From Trichosphaerium sp. ATCC 40318 (taxonomy: Eukaryota; Protista; Tubulinea), in contig JALMLS010000289.1 of the NCBI GenBank assembly GCA_038496445.1, positions 62,001 to 126,000 on the forward strand: 64,000 nt of DNA, written 5' to 3'. Within the stretch, counting starts at the first letter, position 1, and every line of letters begins with the position of its first letter. Of this stretch, positions 13,054 to 25,322 are shown piece after piece. The translations under genes and the position numbers were made by a program. Under the pieces are notes generated by a model. The model had not been told where the DNA came from. It saw only the letters and a program-made list of their open reading frames with translations, and ran no database searches.

Positions 13054-13405
13054 GAATATTGTAAATAATATCCGTATATTCTTGAGTGTGCGATGATTTC
13101 TTGTAGTTTCAAAAAATAAATTCGCAAAAATATGATTGTTTCTTTGCGTCTTGTTTTTTTTCTCAACCACTTTTACAACTATTTTGATATTTAATCACGT
13201 TGACACTATAGCTCGTTTCAGTCAAGTTTGCCAAGTAGTTATTTTATGTCTGGAAGCTTTATTTGTGTTGTAGTGCTCATTGGAGCACTTTCAACGAAAC
13301 AATTACTTTCGAACTTGACAGAAAAGGACAATATAGGAACTCGCCTCAGCTTGGTGGTTAGAACTTCCGGATTTGTAAAACAGGCAGAGAAAAGGTAAGG
13401 TTTTA

Positions 13406-13906
13406 TTATTTATCATCATATGTCAGTGTAACATCAACCAATTGCTCAGTAATAACACCTGTAGTAAGAGATTGTTGCCACAATAGCATTTTTACAGTAG
13501 AGGCTTCTATTACATCTGTTGGGTTTGACAGATTAATACTCCTCCATTGGAGCGTCGCTTCATTTCCTGGTACCTCTTCATAGATTGTAAGTGATCGTAG
13601 GTTGTTGTGTTCATCGTAATAGTGAAGGTCAATCGAGGTATGAAAGCTAGTGAAGTAACTCTCATACCGATGTTCAAAAATGCAATCATCGGTTATATGC
13701 CCTACCCAACGACCAGAAGCGCCATAAGCTGATTTGTAGCCCCACGCGAACTCGCCAAGTTCGAAGGAATAGTCTCTCTTTTCCTTTCGCGTTTCGACAC
13801 GGCCAAAAAAGGGCTGAAGCGTCATTTCGTAACGCTCACACTCAATAGCAATACATAGTGTAAAGAAAGATATCGCTAGTATAATGAATGTTGTAGAAGC
13901 TCTCAT
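13406..13906 (-). CDS. Small intronless secreted protein, possible divergent CHRD domain
   Basis: Signal peptide MRASTTFIILAISFFTLCIA, basic KEKR site, then ASG...TSIDLH...GVITEQL spaced like CHRD motifs. Confidence 0.6.
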   Translation of the reverse strand: MRASTTFIILAISFFTLCIAIECERYEMTLQPFFGRVETRKEKRDYSFELGEFAWGYKSAYGASGRWVGHITDDCIFEHRYESYFTSFHTSIDLHYYDEHNNLRSLTIYEEVPGNEATLQWRSINLSNPTDVIEASTVKMLLWQQSLTTGVITEQLVDVTLTYDDK

Positions 13907-14533
13907 CTTTGTAATGGGAAGGAGTTGCGGCCGGGCAAACAAAGAAAGAGGTTTTATGTTTTATAATGTGCACAAAAGTTAAAAAAAAAGCACAACAAAG
14001 CACGTTTTTTGAAAAGGTGAATACCAAAACAGACTGTACCTTTGAGTACGTACCCTCAGCTCTAAATAAAAGCTTCTGTTCTAAAATGTTCGATATTGTG
14101 TACAAGATACTTACAGGTGTATTTCAAATGGTGAGAAAGTGCGTATAAAACGATTAGAAAGCGAGAATTGATACGGCTCTTTTTTTTTTTCGTGTTTTTT
14201 CACTATTTGTAGTATCAAGCGATATGTGCGTCTTGGTTCAGTTTTGACAGGGTAGTGTACAAAAACACCAATAAAATGTGGGCAGAATGTTCAAATATTT
14301 ATCACGTGATACACAACTCATTTTTGGATATTTCGTTTTCACGTGACTACAACTTTGTTCTTTGCTTTGTTGTATCTTCTCATAGCTCCTCTTAAACCTG
14401 AAGGTAAGCCGTGTACACGTGATTTTGTTATAGACGTGCTCAATATATTAGGAAATTAAATTCAACAATTGGACGCAATTTGCCACGCTTCCTCACTTTC
14501 TAACAAACAGACAAGACAAATACATACTAGTAC

Positions 14534-14673
14534 TGTAAGAGAGTTTTTATACACATTCTTGTATCACACTACTACATATTGTAAAACGCACTACTCCGTA
14601 CTATCTCCGGTGTACGATGCATAATCACACAATAAATATACAGTTGACCTCTCCTCCTAAAATAGCCTTAACA
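14534..14673 (+). repeat. 5' LTR (140 bp)
   Basis: TGTAAGAGAG...GCCTTAACA; identical to 21362-21501; contains AATAAA. Confidence 0.97.
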
Positions 14674-14678
14674 TATTT

Positions 14679-14693
14679 TGGCGACACGACTCG
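14679..14693 (+). promoter_or_regulatory. Primer binding site (TGGCGACACGA...), complementary to a tRNA ending ...GUCGCCA (Arg/Ser-type discriminator G)
   Basis: TGG begins 5 nt after the 5' LTR. Confidence 0.65.
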
Positions 14694-14710
14694 AATTTGA
14701 AAACCAGCGT

Positions 14711-17700
14711 ATGACCGACAAACAGAAGACCAGACACACCAACGAACCTTACCTACAACGTACGCCTAAACAACAGCGTACGAAGAAGTTATCCGCCGGG
14801 GCTCCTAAGAAGAAATTCCAACGTAAAACCCATAAGAAAAAACCTGTCAGTACCAATCCGAAATCCCCTGAAGCTCTTCCGAAACCACAAATCACATCTC
14901 CGCCGCCATCCAAAAAAGCGGTAGTATCGATACCTAAGCTAGATAAAGAAAGTAAAAAGACCTCGGATATTAATAAAGAAATCACAACTGAAGTTATCAC
15001 ACCTCCGAACTCTCCGAGTTCTCCGACCAAGACAGTCCCCCCGGCTGTTCCGACAAGCTCAGACGTCATTAAGGAAACAAGTAAGCCCTGTGATACTGCT
15101 GAGCAGTTTGTACAACCTGAAAAAGGTGACGGAGAGAATATCACTCCCGTTCAATTATCCAAGCTGAAAACAAACAAAAGCTCTCCTCTTTTTGGGGATT
15201 CCAATGAACCCAGTGTTGATTCTAGCGCCTCTGTTGTTACCCCGGAAGTCGAAGTTATATCCGAAAAGAAGAGCCTATCGAAGAAAAGAGAAACGCTAAG
15301 TAAAAGAAGGTTGTTGCATTCGACATCGGAAAGTTACTCATCCAAGAGCGCTGACGAATGTAAGAAACGCGAAACAAAGAAACATGAGAGAAAGAAACAC
15401 TCCAAGAAAGTACACAAACACAAATCTAAGAGTCGCTCTCATCATCCACCCGATGATGATGACGACCCACCATCGTCTCCCAGTAACAGTGGAGATGGTG
15501 ATGATTGCCGTGATAGATCCCCTTCGAGACGCAAATCTAAAAAACGTAAGCGGCGTAGAGACAGTGACGAGCGCTCTAGTCGTTCGAGATCTGATCACTC
15601 CCGTGACAAACGTGATAAACGTGCTCGTAGAGGATCGCGGGATAAACGAAGAGAAATCGATCGCCTAGATGAGCTCGATGCCAATGGTGCTCCTAAATAT
15701 AGTGCCATGGTTAAAAGTATGCTTTTGAATTACCTACCGCACCGACATTACGAAAACGGAGTGGTTGTGGGCATCGATTGGAGTGATACAATCAAGCGAA
15801 CACCTAAACATAGAAATCCCGATTTAGAAAAATTCGGTGACAATGGTGATCTCCATGAATTTTTGCGTAGTGTTCAGAAATACGTCGACAGCAACAATTA
15901 CGATCAAGAAGCATACAACTATTGTTTACAGAATTATACCAAAGGCGAAGCCGGTGAGATAGTACACAATTTCAGTTTAAAGGATAAACCTCAAAAGATT
16001 CTTCACGCACTACTCGCTCGCTTTCGTTCATTCGCGGAAGTAGTCAAATCACAAAAGCAATTCAGTACTATGACACAAGAAGGGTTAAATCTCAACGTAC
16101 AGAATTGGTTTAGACAAGTCAAGAGTATAGGTGATTGTTCCCTATACAATGAAGAAGAACAAGCCGAAAAATTCCTTAACGGTTTACATACAAGCATCAA
16201 CGGACAGGTAGCGCTACAATTACGCGGTAAACAAATGGGTATACGATTAGCCGAAGCGTTAGAAATAGCATCCTATGCTGAAAGTTGTTTCGCATCAACC
16301 GCGCAAACGAATAATCAAATGAATTACATCAATCAAGCACAGAACCAATGGCTGAGACAACCTCAGGGTAACAACTGGCAACAGAATTACAATAACACAC
16401 CTCCATGGGTGAATGGAAAGCAGTCATCACAGCCTTATCAACAAAAACGACCTAGACCCAAACGGCATAATCGACATTACAATTCGAGAATTCGTCATTT
16501 CCAACAACCACCTCCTGGTTATGTCATGCATCGTGACAGGAACAAATCAGGTCCACCGCTTGATCGTGTCAACTTTCAAGTACCGTGTGAAAGGTGTCGT
16601 GCGGGTGGTCACCTTGCGCAAGAGTGCAGGACAAAGTTGACGGCTAAGAGAGAGTCAGTGTACCTTTCTTACGTATTCAGTCTCTCTGGTCAAGGTAACC
16701 ATATGGCCCTTATCTTAGATGACAAGAATATCGCTAGACCGCTCAATCCTGATGGTTCTTACCATCCTCCATCCAACAATAATCCTACTGCGTCAAATCA
16801 ACAGCAGTCTTATCCTTTGTATCAAAACGCGAATAACAATCAAAATAAATATTGGGGTCCTTATCCTTTGTTGGTGAATAACAAAAATATCAATAACAAA
16901 AATAATCCTTTTATTAAAAAACACGACAACCCCAACGCGTTAAATAATCATGAGAAAAATAATCACAAAGATGCGAATATCACGTATCATAATAATCCAA
17001 ATTCTCAAAATATTCCTAAATCCATAGAATATGATAATAATCCAACTTCCGCAGGTTACATCAACCTCGCGTATATGCATGCTAGTAAAGTGGTTATGGA
17101 CATCGATAATATCAATGTACCTACCTACTCATACAGCATAGCCAAAGCCAATGTCGTAGTTAATAGATCTACTGTTAATGCCATACTCGATTCGGGTGCT
17201 TCGGTTAGTATAGTTAGCTACAAGTTAGTTAACGACTTACACTTGCATTCATTAATCCAAAGGGTTAAAACCAGTCCCGTATTTACAGCTGACAACCAAC
17301 CAATGACATCAATGGGCATAATAGAGTTACCTATTCGAATAGGTAGTGAAAATTTCACAGTTAAATGTCATATTATGAAAAACTTTAAGTTCCCGTTGTT
17401 GTTAGGTATGAATATGCTGGTAGGCAATCAATTAACCATTGATTTTGCTAAAGGACAGTTACGTACAGCCAAGGGAACTACGATTAAGATGACGCAAACG
17501 CGTACTAAGGCTTACAAAGAGGGTGAAGCGCTGATTATTGCTGCGAATGATATTATCATACCTAAATTGTCACAAGTCACAGTATTCGCTAAAGTTTCGT
17601 CTCCTATTGTTAGTAAACTAGGTGTAGTACAAACAGTTAAGGCATTGGAGTTAGATGGTCACTCACAGTTGTTAACCGATACGGGAATACAACTCGCCGC

Positions 17701-20700
17701 CTCACTGAGTAGAGTAACTAAAAATATGGTACCTATACGAGTATTAAATGGTTATAACAAAGATATGCGTATACCACGTGGCTATCGCATTGCGCGATTT
17801 ACCGCGATTGATGAAACGCAAGAAATCAATATCCTTGACATTGACTACGACAAAGAGCTTCGAATTATCAATGAAACCAAAAAGCAAGTTACACCAGAAA
17901 TGCTGAAAAAAGCTAAAGATATGTACACACTTGAACAATCAGATATTTCTGAAGATCAGAAAGAACGTACTTATTATCTTTTAGCTCAATATCTGGACAG
18001 AGCTACTGAAAACCTCGAACAACCTGGGCGTGTCAAAGGAGTTGAACACTTCATTGATACACCTGCGGACATGAGACCCATTAGTATTCCTTATCGACAC
18101 CTTAATCCTAACAAAGAGAAAATCTTGCGTAAGGAGGTAGATAAGATGCTTAAAGATGGCGTCATACGACATTCCATAGAGTTCGCCTGTAGTGATTGTA
18201 CGTAAACCTTCGGGAGCTTGGCGTGTTTGTATAGATTTTCGAGCTCTAAATAAAGTTACAGCTAAAGATGTACACCCACTACCACGGGTTAAAGATCTTT
18301 TAAACGCGTTGAATCGAGCCAAATACTTTAGCTCGTTCGATGCTGTAGCTGGCTATTGGCAAATACCAATGCATCCTGCACATAGGTGCAAAACAGCTTT
18401 TGCAACTCGCTGGGGACTCTTTGAATTTATGGGAATGCCTTTCGGACTCAAAAATGCACAAGCTACATTTCAGCGTCATATGAATTTAATGTTATCAGGT
18501 TTACTATGGCAGGTATGCCTATGTTACGTCGATGACATTATTATATTCAGTGATAACTTTGATGACCACCTTGTACATCTCAAACTCATGTTCGACCGAT
18601 TACGCAAGTATAACGTTAAACTGAAAGCGAGTAAATCCGTTTTATTTCGACATAGCATTGAGTTCCTCGGTCATGTAGTAACTGCTGATGGAGTAGCTAC
18701 TAATCCACGCATTATTAAAGCGATAGCAGATGCTAAACGCCCTAATGATATCAAGGAACTTGAATCATTTTTGGGTATTACGGGATACTATCGAAAATTC
18801 GTTGCAAATTACGCACGCAAAGCGGCTCCTTTAAATGACCTCCGAAAGAAGGATACTCCTTGGATATGGACGTCTGAATGTGATAGAGCGTTCCTTAGTC
18901 TGAAGTTAGCGCTGATGACTCCGCCTATACTTCGACATCCTGATTTCGAGAAACCTTTTGAAATACATGTTGACGCTTCGGGACGTGCATGTGGAGGGAC
19001 TTTGGTTCAGCGCCATGAAGGAAAGCAACATGTGATAGCTTATTACAGCTATACGTTTAACGATTCCCAGCATCGATACTCTACGATTGATAGAGAATGC
19101 TTGGGTATAGTAATGGCTCTCAGAGAATTCCGTGGTTATTTATCATTTTCGAATTTTAAATTAATCGTGTACTCTGATCACAAACCATTAAAATACTTGC
19201 ATACTCTAAAAGATCCGCGAGATGTGGTAGCACGGTGGCTGATGGAAATTCAGCAATACGACTTTAATGTTGTATATAAAAAAGGTATTAACCACACCGA
19301 TGCCGACGCCTTATCCCGCAAACCTATCGCTCAATTTTGCAATGCTATGGATAAGAACATCCAAGCTGGATTAGATCTGGACTGGGCTATGTTACAAAAA
19401 CAAGACTCTACCACGAAAGCCTTCATTGATTACCTGAACGGTTCCAAGATACCTCATTACATTCGCAACCGTCAAAATTTCCATGAAGAAAATTTTATCA
19501 CTAAAGCGAAACAGCTGTCACTAGATAAATCTTCTGGAATACTGTATCATATCAAACGCGCACATCATGCAGCAGTAGACCCTAATCAGTCACATATATA
19601 TCGTATATTTGTGCCAGAAGCTATGTACAATGTCATATTACAACAGAGTCATGACATGCCTTTTGCGGGTCATTTTGGTTTTCTTAAAACATACCAAAGG
19701 CTATCTGAAAGGTTCTATTGGCCAGGTATGTATGCTGATACACTGTCATGGTGTAGATCGTGTACTACCTGTCAACGGAATAAAACAGCGAGAGTTCCTA
19801 AAGCGGGATTTGCTGTACCTTTCTCGATACTGGAACCTATGGAAATGGTTGCAATGGACTTGGTAGGTCCTTTACCTGATACACCTCGTGGTAAGAAATA
19901 TCTATTAGTAATAACAGATTATTTCACTAAGTGGGTTGAGGCCTTCGCCATTACCAGTAAAGAACCAAAAGAAGTAGCGTTTATTTTCGTTACAGAATTT
20001 TGTTTTCGTTATGGTATTCCCAAATGAGTGTTGATGGATCAAGGAAAGGAATTCGTTTCCCAGTTCTCGCAGAAAGTATATGATACACTGCATATTGATA
20101 AGCGACAAACCACTGCGTACCATCCGCAGACTGATGGTCAAACCGAACGTTTCAATCATACCTTGATTGAAATTATTAGGGTGTTTGTTAATCAACAACA
20201 GAACGATTGGGACTTTTGGTTACCTTATGCTTTATTTGCATATCGCACTGCTTGCCATCATGCCACACAATTTACTCCATTCCGGTTAATCTTCGGTCGT
20301 AAACCGAGATTACCTATTGACTTGATTAATGGTGATCAAGCAATAGTAATTCCTCAAGGTTACCGTGTTGGTAATTGGGCTGACAACTTAGCAAAACGCA
20401 TACAATACGCCTACAATATAGCCAGGACCAATATAATCAAAGCTAAACGAGACCAAGCTCGATATTATAATCGTCATCGACGAGAAGTAAATTACAAAGC
20501 TGGTCAATTAGTATGGCTGTGGATTCCAGCTTTAAAAGAAGATGAAAAGCGCAAGTTAACAATGCGCTGGAAAGGTCCATTCACTATACTACAAAAAGTA
20601 GGTAATAATACTTATCGTCTGGAACTTCCAGTGAACAGTCAATTATCACCAGTAGTGAATGTTGATAGGTTAAAACCAGTCATTGACTCATATCTACGAC

Positions 20701-21242
20701 CGCCTTCTAATAGCACTCCTATATCATCCAGAGATAGCTACCTACAACGGGACGTTGTGGCTCCGCCTAAAACAGATGGAGATAACAGTGAAAGTTATGT
20801 AGAACCAAATATCCCAAATATAACATCCGCTAAAAAACTTAGCAAACAAATATCATCCATACCTAGTAGAGCAAATATCCCAATAACTACAGCTGTACCA
20901 CATATCCATTCGCAGAAAATCACTGCTCAAGCTCCTAGTAAGAATAAAATATCCCGAAAGCGCAATCATAAGCCGCATCGAACAAATATCCTGTTGGAAA
21001 GGTTGAAAGAGCTAGCGACGGCCGCGTCTAGACTCGACAAATCCGTCCTAAAGGGTTCTTTATTGAACCTATTAGGAAAAGGTGCCGTCTTTATCCGCAG
21101 TTCAAGCCTGCAAGGGCAACTGGAACGCGAGATTAAAAGTTGCAAAAACGTGAAAGCGATGATTACTTGGTTAGATGCCTTGATCAAGCATTTTCATGAC
21201 CGGTTCTCATATGAGAAAGCGTTGGCAATGGACGACAAATGA
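14711..21242 (+). pseudogene. Single gag-pol polyprotein broken by a frameshift (about 18178) and an in-frame TGA (20025-20027)
   Basis: Zn knuckle CERCRAGGHLAQEC, protease LDSGAS, RT YVDD, RNase H VDASG, integrase HHCC zinc finger, DLVGP / DQG / ERFN core, GPF motif. Confidence 0.93.
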
Positions 21243-21343
21243 GAATACGCAAAATCGTCCTCCTCAAGTACTATTTATAGTCAAAGAGGTATTTGGGTTG
21301 TTAGGTTTCCCTGCGATATCTCATAAACGATGTAGAACATCTT

Positions 21344-21358
21344 AAAGAAAAGAGGGAG
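21344..21358 (+). promoter_or_regulatory. Polypurine tract
   Basis: AAAGAAAAGAGGGAG ending 3 nt before the 3' LTR. Confidence 0.85.
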
Positions 21359-21361
21359 TTC

Positions 21362-21501
21362 TGTAAGAGAGTTTTTATACACATTCTTGTATCACACTAC
21401 TACATATTGTAAAACGCACTACTCCGTACTATCTCCGGTGTACGATGCATAATCACACAATAAATATACAGTTGACCTCTCCTCCTAAAATAGCCTTAAC
21501 A
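21362..21501 (+). repeat. 3' LTR (140 bp)
   Basis: Identical to the 5' LTR and followed by the GTAC TSD. Confidence 0.97.
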
Positions 21502-22530
21502 GTACCTATATTGCTTCTAAAAGGGTATGGCTGACTGTACTTTGGGTTGGTACAACCACTTTAATTGTTTGTCATTAAAACGAAGTCGGTTGTATTTTCT
21601 TTGTTTCTGTAGCTAGCTAAAACGAATGAACGCTATTTGTACTGACATTCACGTGTCATTTTTTGTCACATCTTCTAAAAAAAGCCTAAAACAACTCTCG
21701 TTGTACAAACCTGCTATGCGTATAAAAGGGACTATCCTCGGAGGCATTGTATTGTACTCCGCACACTTTCTCATGCTTTTAATTACTGTAAATACTCTAT
21801 ACTGCTACAAACGCTAGTAATCTTGGAAAGTGCCTTGTCCTGAACTTCTCTAGAGCCAAAAAAATCTGACACACAATCTTGTTGACCTCATTTGAAAAAC
21901 CGGCCCTTTTTTTTTGCACCAATCGCTTTGTACTTGTTCGATGCGCCGATACTCTTCAGGATCGCGTGGACGTCACTTACGTCAAAAAAATAAAAGCTTT
22001 TATCCTCAAACAGTCACGTGTGACAAAACGTCAGGTACGCCACAGAGTTTATGACACAAAATAATATTTGACGCTTAGGGAATGAGTTTTATACATAAGA
22101 AAAATTAATTAACGATGTTCACAAGTAAGAGAACTGATTATTGAGATTTGTGACCTCTGCTCAGATTTGACAAGGTTTTGATACCACTGAATGGGCTTTA
22201 ACGTACGTGTTAATGCATTTATTGGGTTTTTTCTGTCATAGCTTCAAGGAAGAGCCGTTAATCCTGAAAATAGTTTTTTGAGGAAATTTCAGATACGGAA
22301 TTTTTTTTTCGCTAAAATGCCCGATCATAACACGGATTGGGCTTATCGTTACGATAAAATAATACAACACGTTATATTTATGTAATTCATACAGTAAGTA
22401 CTCCAATAGGTCAACATCTCTACCCGAGATAGAAGAATTTTTTGAATAGTTCCAGGTACCGGAAGGTTTCATTATTATAAAAACAACACAACAAGAACAA
22501 CAAGACCCAAACAAAACAAACAAATACAAT

Positions 22531-23669
22531 ATGGACTTAGAGATGTTTCAGTGCCCTCATATAAAAGGATATACACCATTAGAAACGCTTGGAGATGGCG
22601 TAAGCGCTACAGTAGTATCAGCAAGGCATAACAAGTCAAAAGAGAAAGTAGCTTTAAAACTCGTTGAGCGTGGTTACTTTTCTCGCAATCAAAAATATGT
22701 TCTTAACGAGATATCTACAATGCTCGCTATTCGCCATAGAAATATACTGAAGCTTCATAAATCGTTTTTCGTCCAAGGTAACGTATTTTTTTTTCTTCAA
22801 CTTTTTTCTGTTTTTTCACGTGACGTTGAAATAATTCACGTGATTTTCTTTTTTTTGTTTGACGAAGCTTATTTTTTATTTAAAGGAACTCCTGTAATGG
22901 TTCTTGAATTGGCTGAGATGGATATGTTGACTTATGCTTTGAGTGATGAGTGCATAAAAGAAACGACAATACAATCAATTATTTATCAACTCCTCAAAGC
23001 TCTTAAAGCAATACATTCATACGGTCTTGTTCACAGAGATGTTAAACTTGGTACGTCTTATATTGATACATCAGTAAGTCTCCATGACTAACAGGAATTC
23101 CTTTAGAAAACATTTTAATCGGAAAAGACGGATTAGTAAAACTCGGTGATTTCGGACTCACAATCCCAATCTGTGAAGCAATCAAAGGAACTGAAGCTGT
23201 TGCAGGAACACCACAGGTACTTACACGTTTCAGAACACAAAACATTTTCGTGCCACGTGCTTTTTTAAATAAGTTACTTACGTTTTTTTCGCAGTACTTC
23301 CCGCCTGAAGTTTACATTGGAAACCACACTTACAGCGAAAAATTTGATATTTGGGGTGTTGGCGTTGTAACCTTTGCAATAATAACTAAAATGTATCATC
23401 ACGAACTTGAAGGTGATACGGAGGAGATGAGAAAGCGATTAATGGGAATATATCAACGAGGAGCTGTTGACTGGTCGGAGTATCGCAATGTATTGAATCC
23501 ACTTCAACTTAACTTTTTACAACGTGTCATGGTTGTGTACCCAGAACTAAGACCATCTGCGCGCACTTGTATGAAACTACCTTGGCTAAAGGACACACGG
23601 ACAAGACCTATCATTACAAGCACAAAGAAACACAACAACTTTTTAAGACATATCGTAAAGAAACTCTAA
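22531..23669 (+). CDS. Ser/Thr protein kinase (CAMK-like), 4 exons
   Basis: LGDGVSATV, VALK, HRDVKLEN, DFG, AGTPQYFPPE, DIWGVG. Confidence 0.92.
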
Positions 23670-23909
23670 GACGACAACAAAAAAAAAACCTATTTATTGT
23701 ACATAAAAAACCAATTTTTCTCCAAGAGCTTTCTCTTCTGATAATAAAATACCTATTATTATAACCACCCATTCGTTACCTTGGATAACAAGAACATAAT
23801 TGAACAATACTTTAATCACGTGACCACAAAAAAGAATGCTGTGTGAAGTTTATTGTTCCTACGATGAATTTGCAACATACTTATCTCAAGAGTTGATATG
23901 CTTTATTGG

Positions 23910-25011
23910 CTACAATTTAATGATTGTGAAGGAGTTGCAGTGTTGTTTGTTGACAGCACCTCCACCGAAAGTTTGGCGAACAGATAGCTTGGCATTGGCT
24001 TCGATACAGAAAACTTCGGTAATATTGAAGCAAATACAGTGTTTCACGTTGTTACCATGAAAGCACTACAACCCAAGAATTAGATTGTATAATATCAATG
24101 GTTTAAAAACAACTTACATTGGCAACTGTACAATCGTTTATTTCTAACGAAATCCTACCCCCTCCAGTATTACCTATCCCTGTACATCTGATTGAAAACA
24201 AATATGTACCCGGTTGTTTTACAGTAATTGTCTCATCTGAACAAGTTGCAAAATCCGGATTGCTAATAGCTGAGTTGCTCCAATTCATGTAGCTGTTCAC
24301 GGGTCCAACGTTTGATGTAAACTTAACGCAATCAGGTGATTCGTTTCTCACACCTTCTTCTAGATTTCCAGTATCGTTTTCACTTGCCTTTATGCCTTGT
24401 AGAAGTCCAGGCAAGTTATAAAAGGCCGAATCTGTTTCTGTGTTAGCTTTTGTTTTTTCACGAAAGTTATGTCCGTCTTTGTACCTAGTGTCAGCATTTG
24501 AACTTGAGTTGGAGTAAGATCAGAAGTAATGAAACCATAGCGCAAGTACTGAAGTATGTATTTGAATAATTCTCCATCACGGTCGATAAATCTCTGAAGT
24601 CATTGTTAAGTATTGTGATGTCAAACAAAAATCAGCGTTCTTACCTCCCCACTATTGCTTGTTTTTAACATCGCGAAAAAATACGAATCTTCATGAGCTA
24701 GCAATGTCTTAGCGGTAACGTGATAGACTATCTGACCAACACGGAGTTTAATTATCTCTGGAGAGGGTTAACATAAAATCTTAGTCTCTTACAATTACCT
24801 TCTTCAGAGCATTTTACATTGTTTACTATTTCGCTAATTACACGCTCTCTTTGAGCTAACAGTTTCTCTCTTTTAGCTAATGCAGCTGTCTTTGTCTTTA
24901 GCGTCATTTCTATGAGCTTTTCAAGGCCTATACACAAAGTTAGAGGCTAATAATGCAACGACTTCTAAAACCACCTTCACCAAATGTATTGGTTATACTT
25001 TCGTCCTCCAT
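23910..25011 (-). CDS. KCTD-type BTB/POZ protein with a C-terminal C1q/TNF-like beta-sandwich
   Basis: TLLAHEDSYFFAML, FIDRDGELFKYILQYLRYG and ADFYNLPGL (BTB_2); C-terminal ITVKQPGTYLFSIR...SFTIIKL. Confidence 0.8.
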
Positions 25012-25322
25012 TATTGGTGTTGAATGTAAGTACGCTATAGCGAAAGTATTTGACTTACTGACTATAAATCGTTAGTGTTCAAAGTCTCTAAGAGAGGTCG
25101 CTTAAAGATGGCTAAGTCAGATTGTTTAAAAACTAGTGGCAATTTTTTTGACAAAGTGATCGCAACGTTCTTTGTTGTTCAATGTTATTGTTTTTAATTT
25201 CTAATTTACTACATTGTGATAAACAGTACAAAAATTTTCTCTCTCATAACATTAGGAGAGAAAGAGGAGAGGAGGCAATGAGTGAAGTTTTTCTTTCTTT
25301 TTTCTTTGTTTTACTTTTGAAA

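Larger units (their letters stand above)
14534..21501 (+). mobile_element. Full-length Ty3/Gypsy LTR retrotransposon, 6968 bp, disabled copy
   Basis: Two identical 140-bp TG..CA LTRs; 4-bp TSD GTAC (14530-14533 and 21502-21505); domain order Gag-PR-RT-RH-IN. Confidence 0.97.

Noticed and set aside
14385-14533. Possible host exons interrupted by the retroelement
   Set aside because: AG/GT-bounded segments exist but give no recognisable protein or consistent gene model.
18165-18205. Programmed ribosomal frameshift in pol
   Set aside because: It falls inside a conserved RT motif that is missing residues, and there is no slippery heptamer; a deletion explains it better.
20025-20027. TGA reassignment or selenocysteine
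   Set aside because: TGA ends other genes here (38472, 58893, 21242) and Trp is TGG throughout; it is a simple nonsense change.
14400-21620. tRNA-gene-targeted insertion as in Ty3 or DGLT-A
   Set aside because: No tRNA cloverleaf or A/B boxes were found in either flank, and I found no tRNA, rRNA or CRISPR array anywhere in the window.
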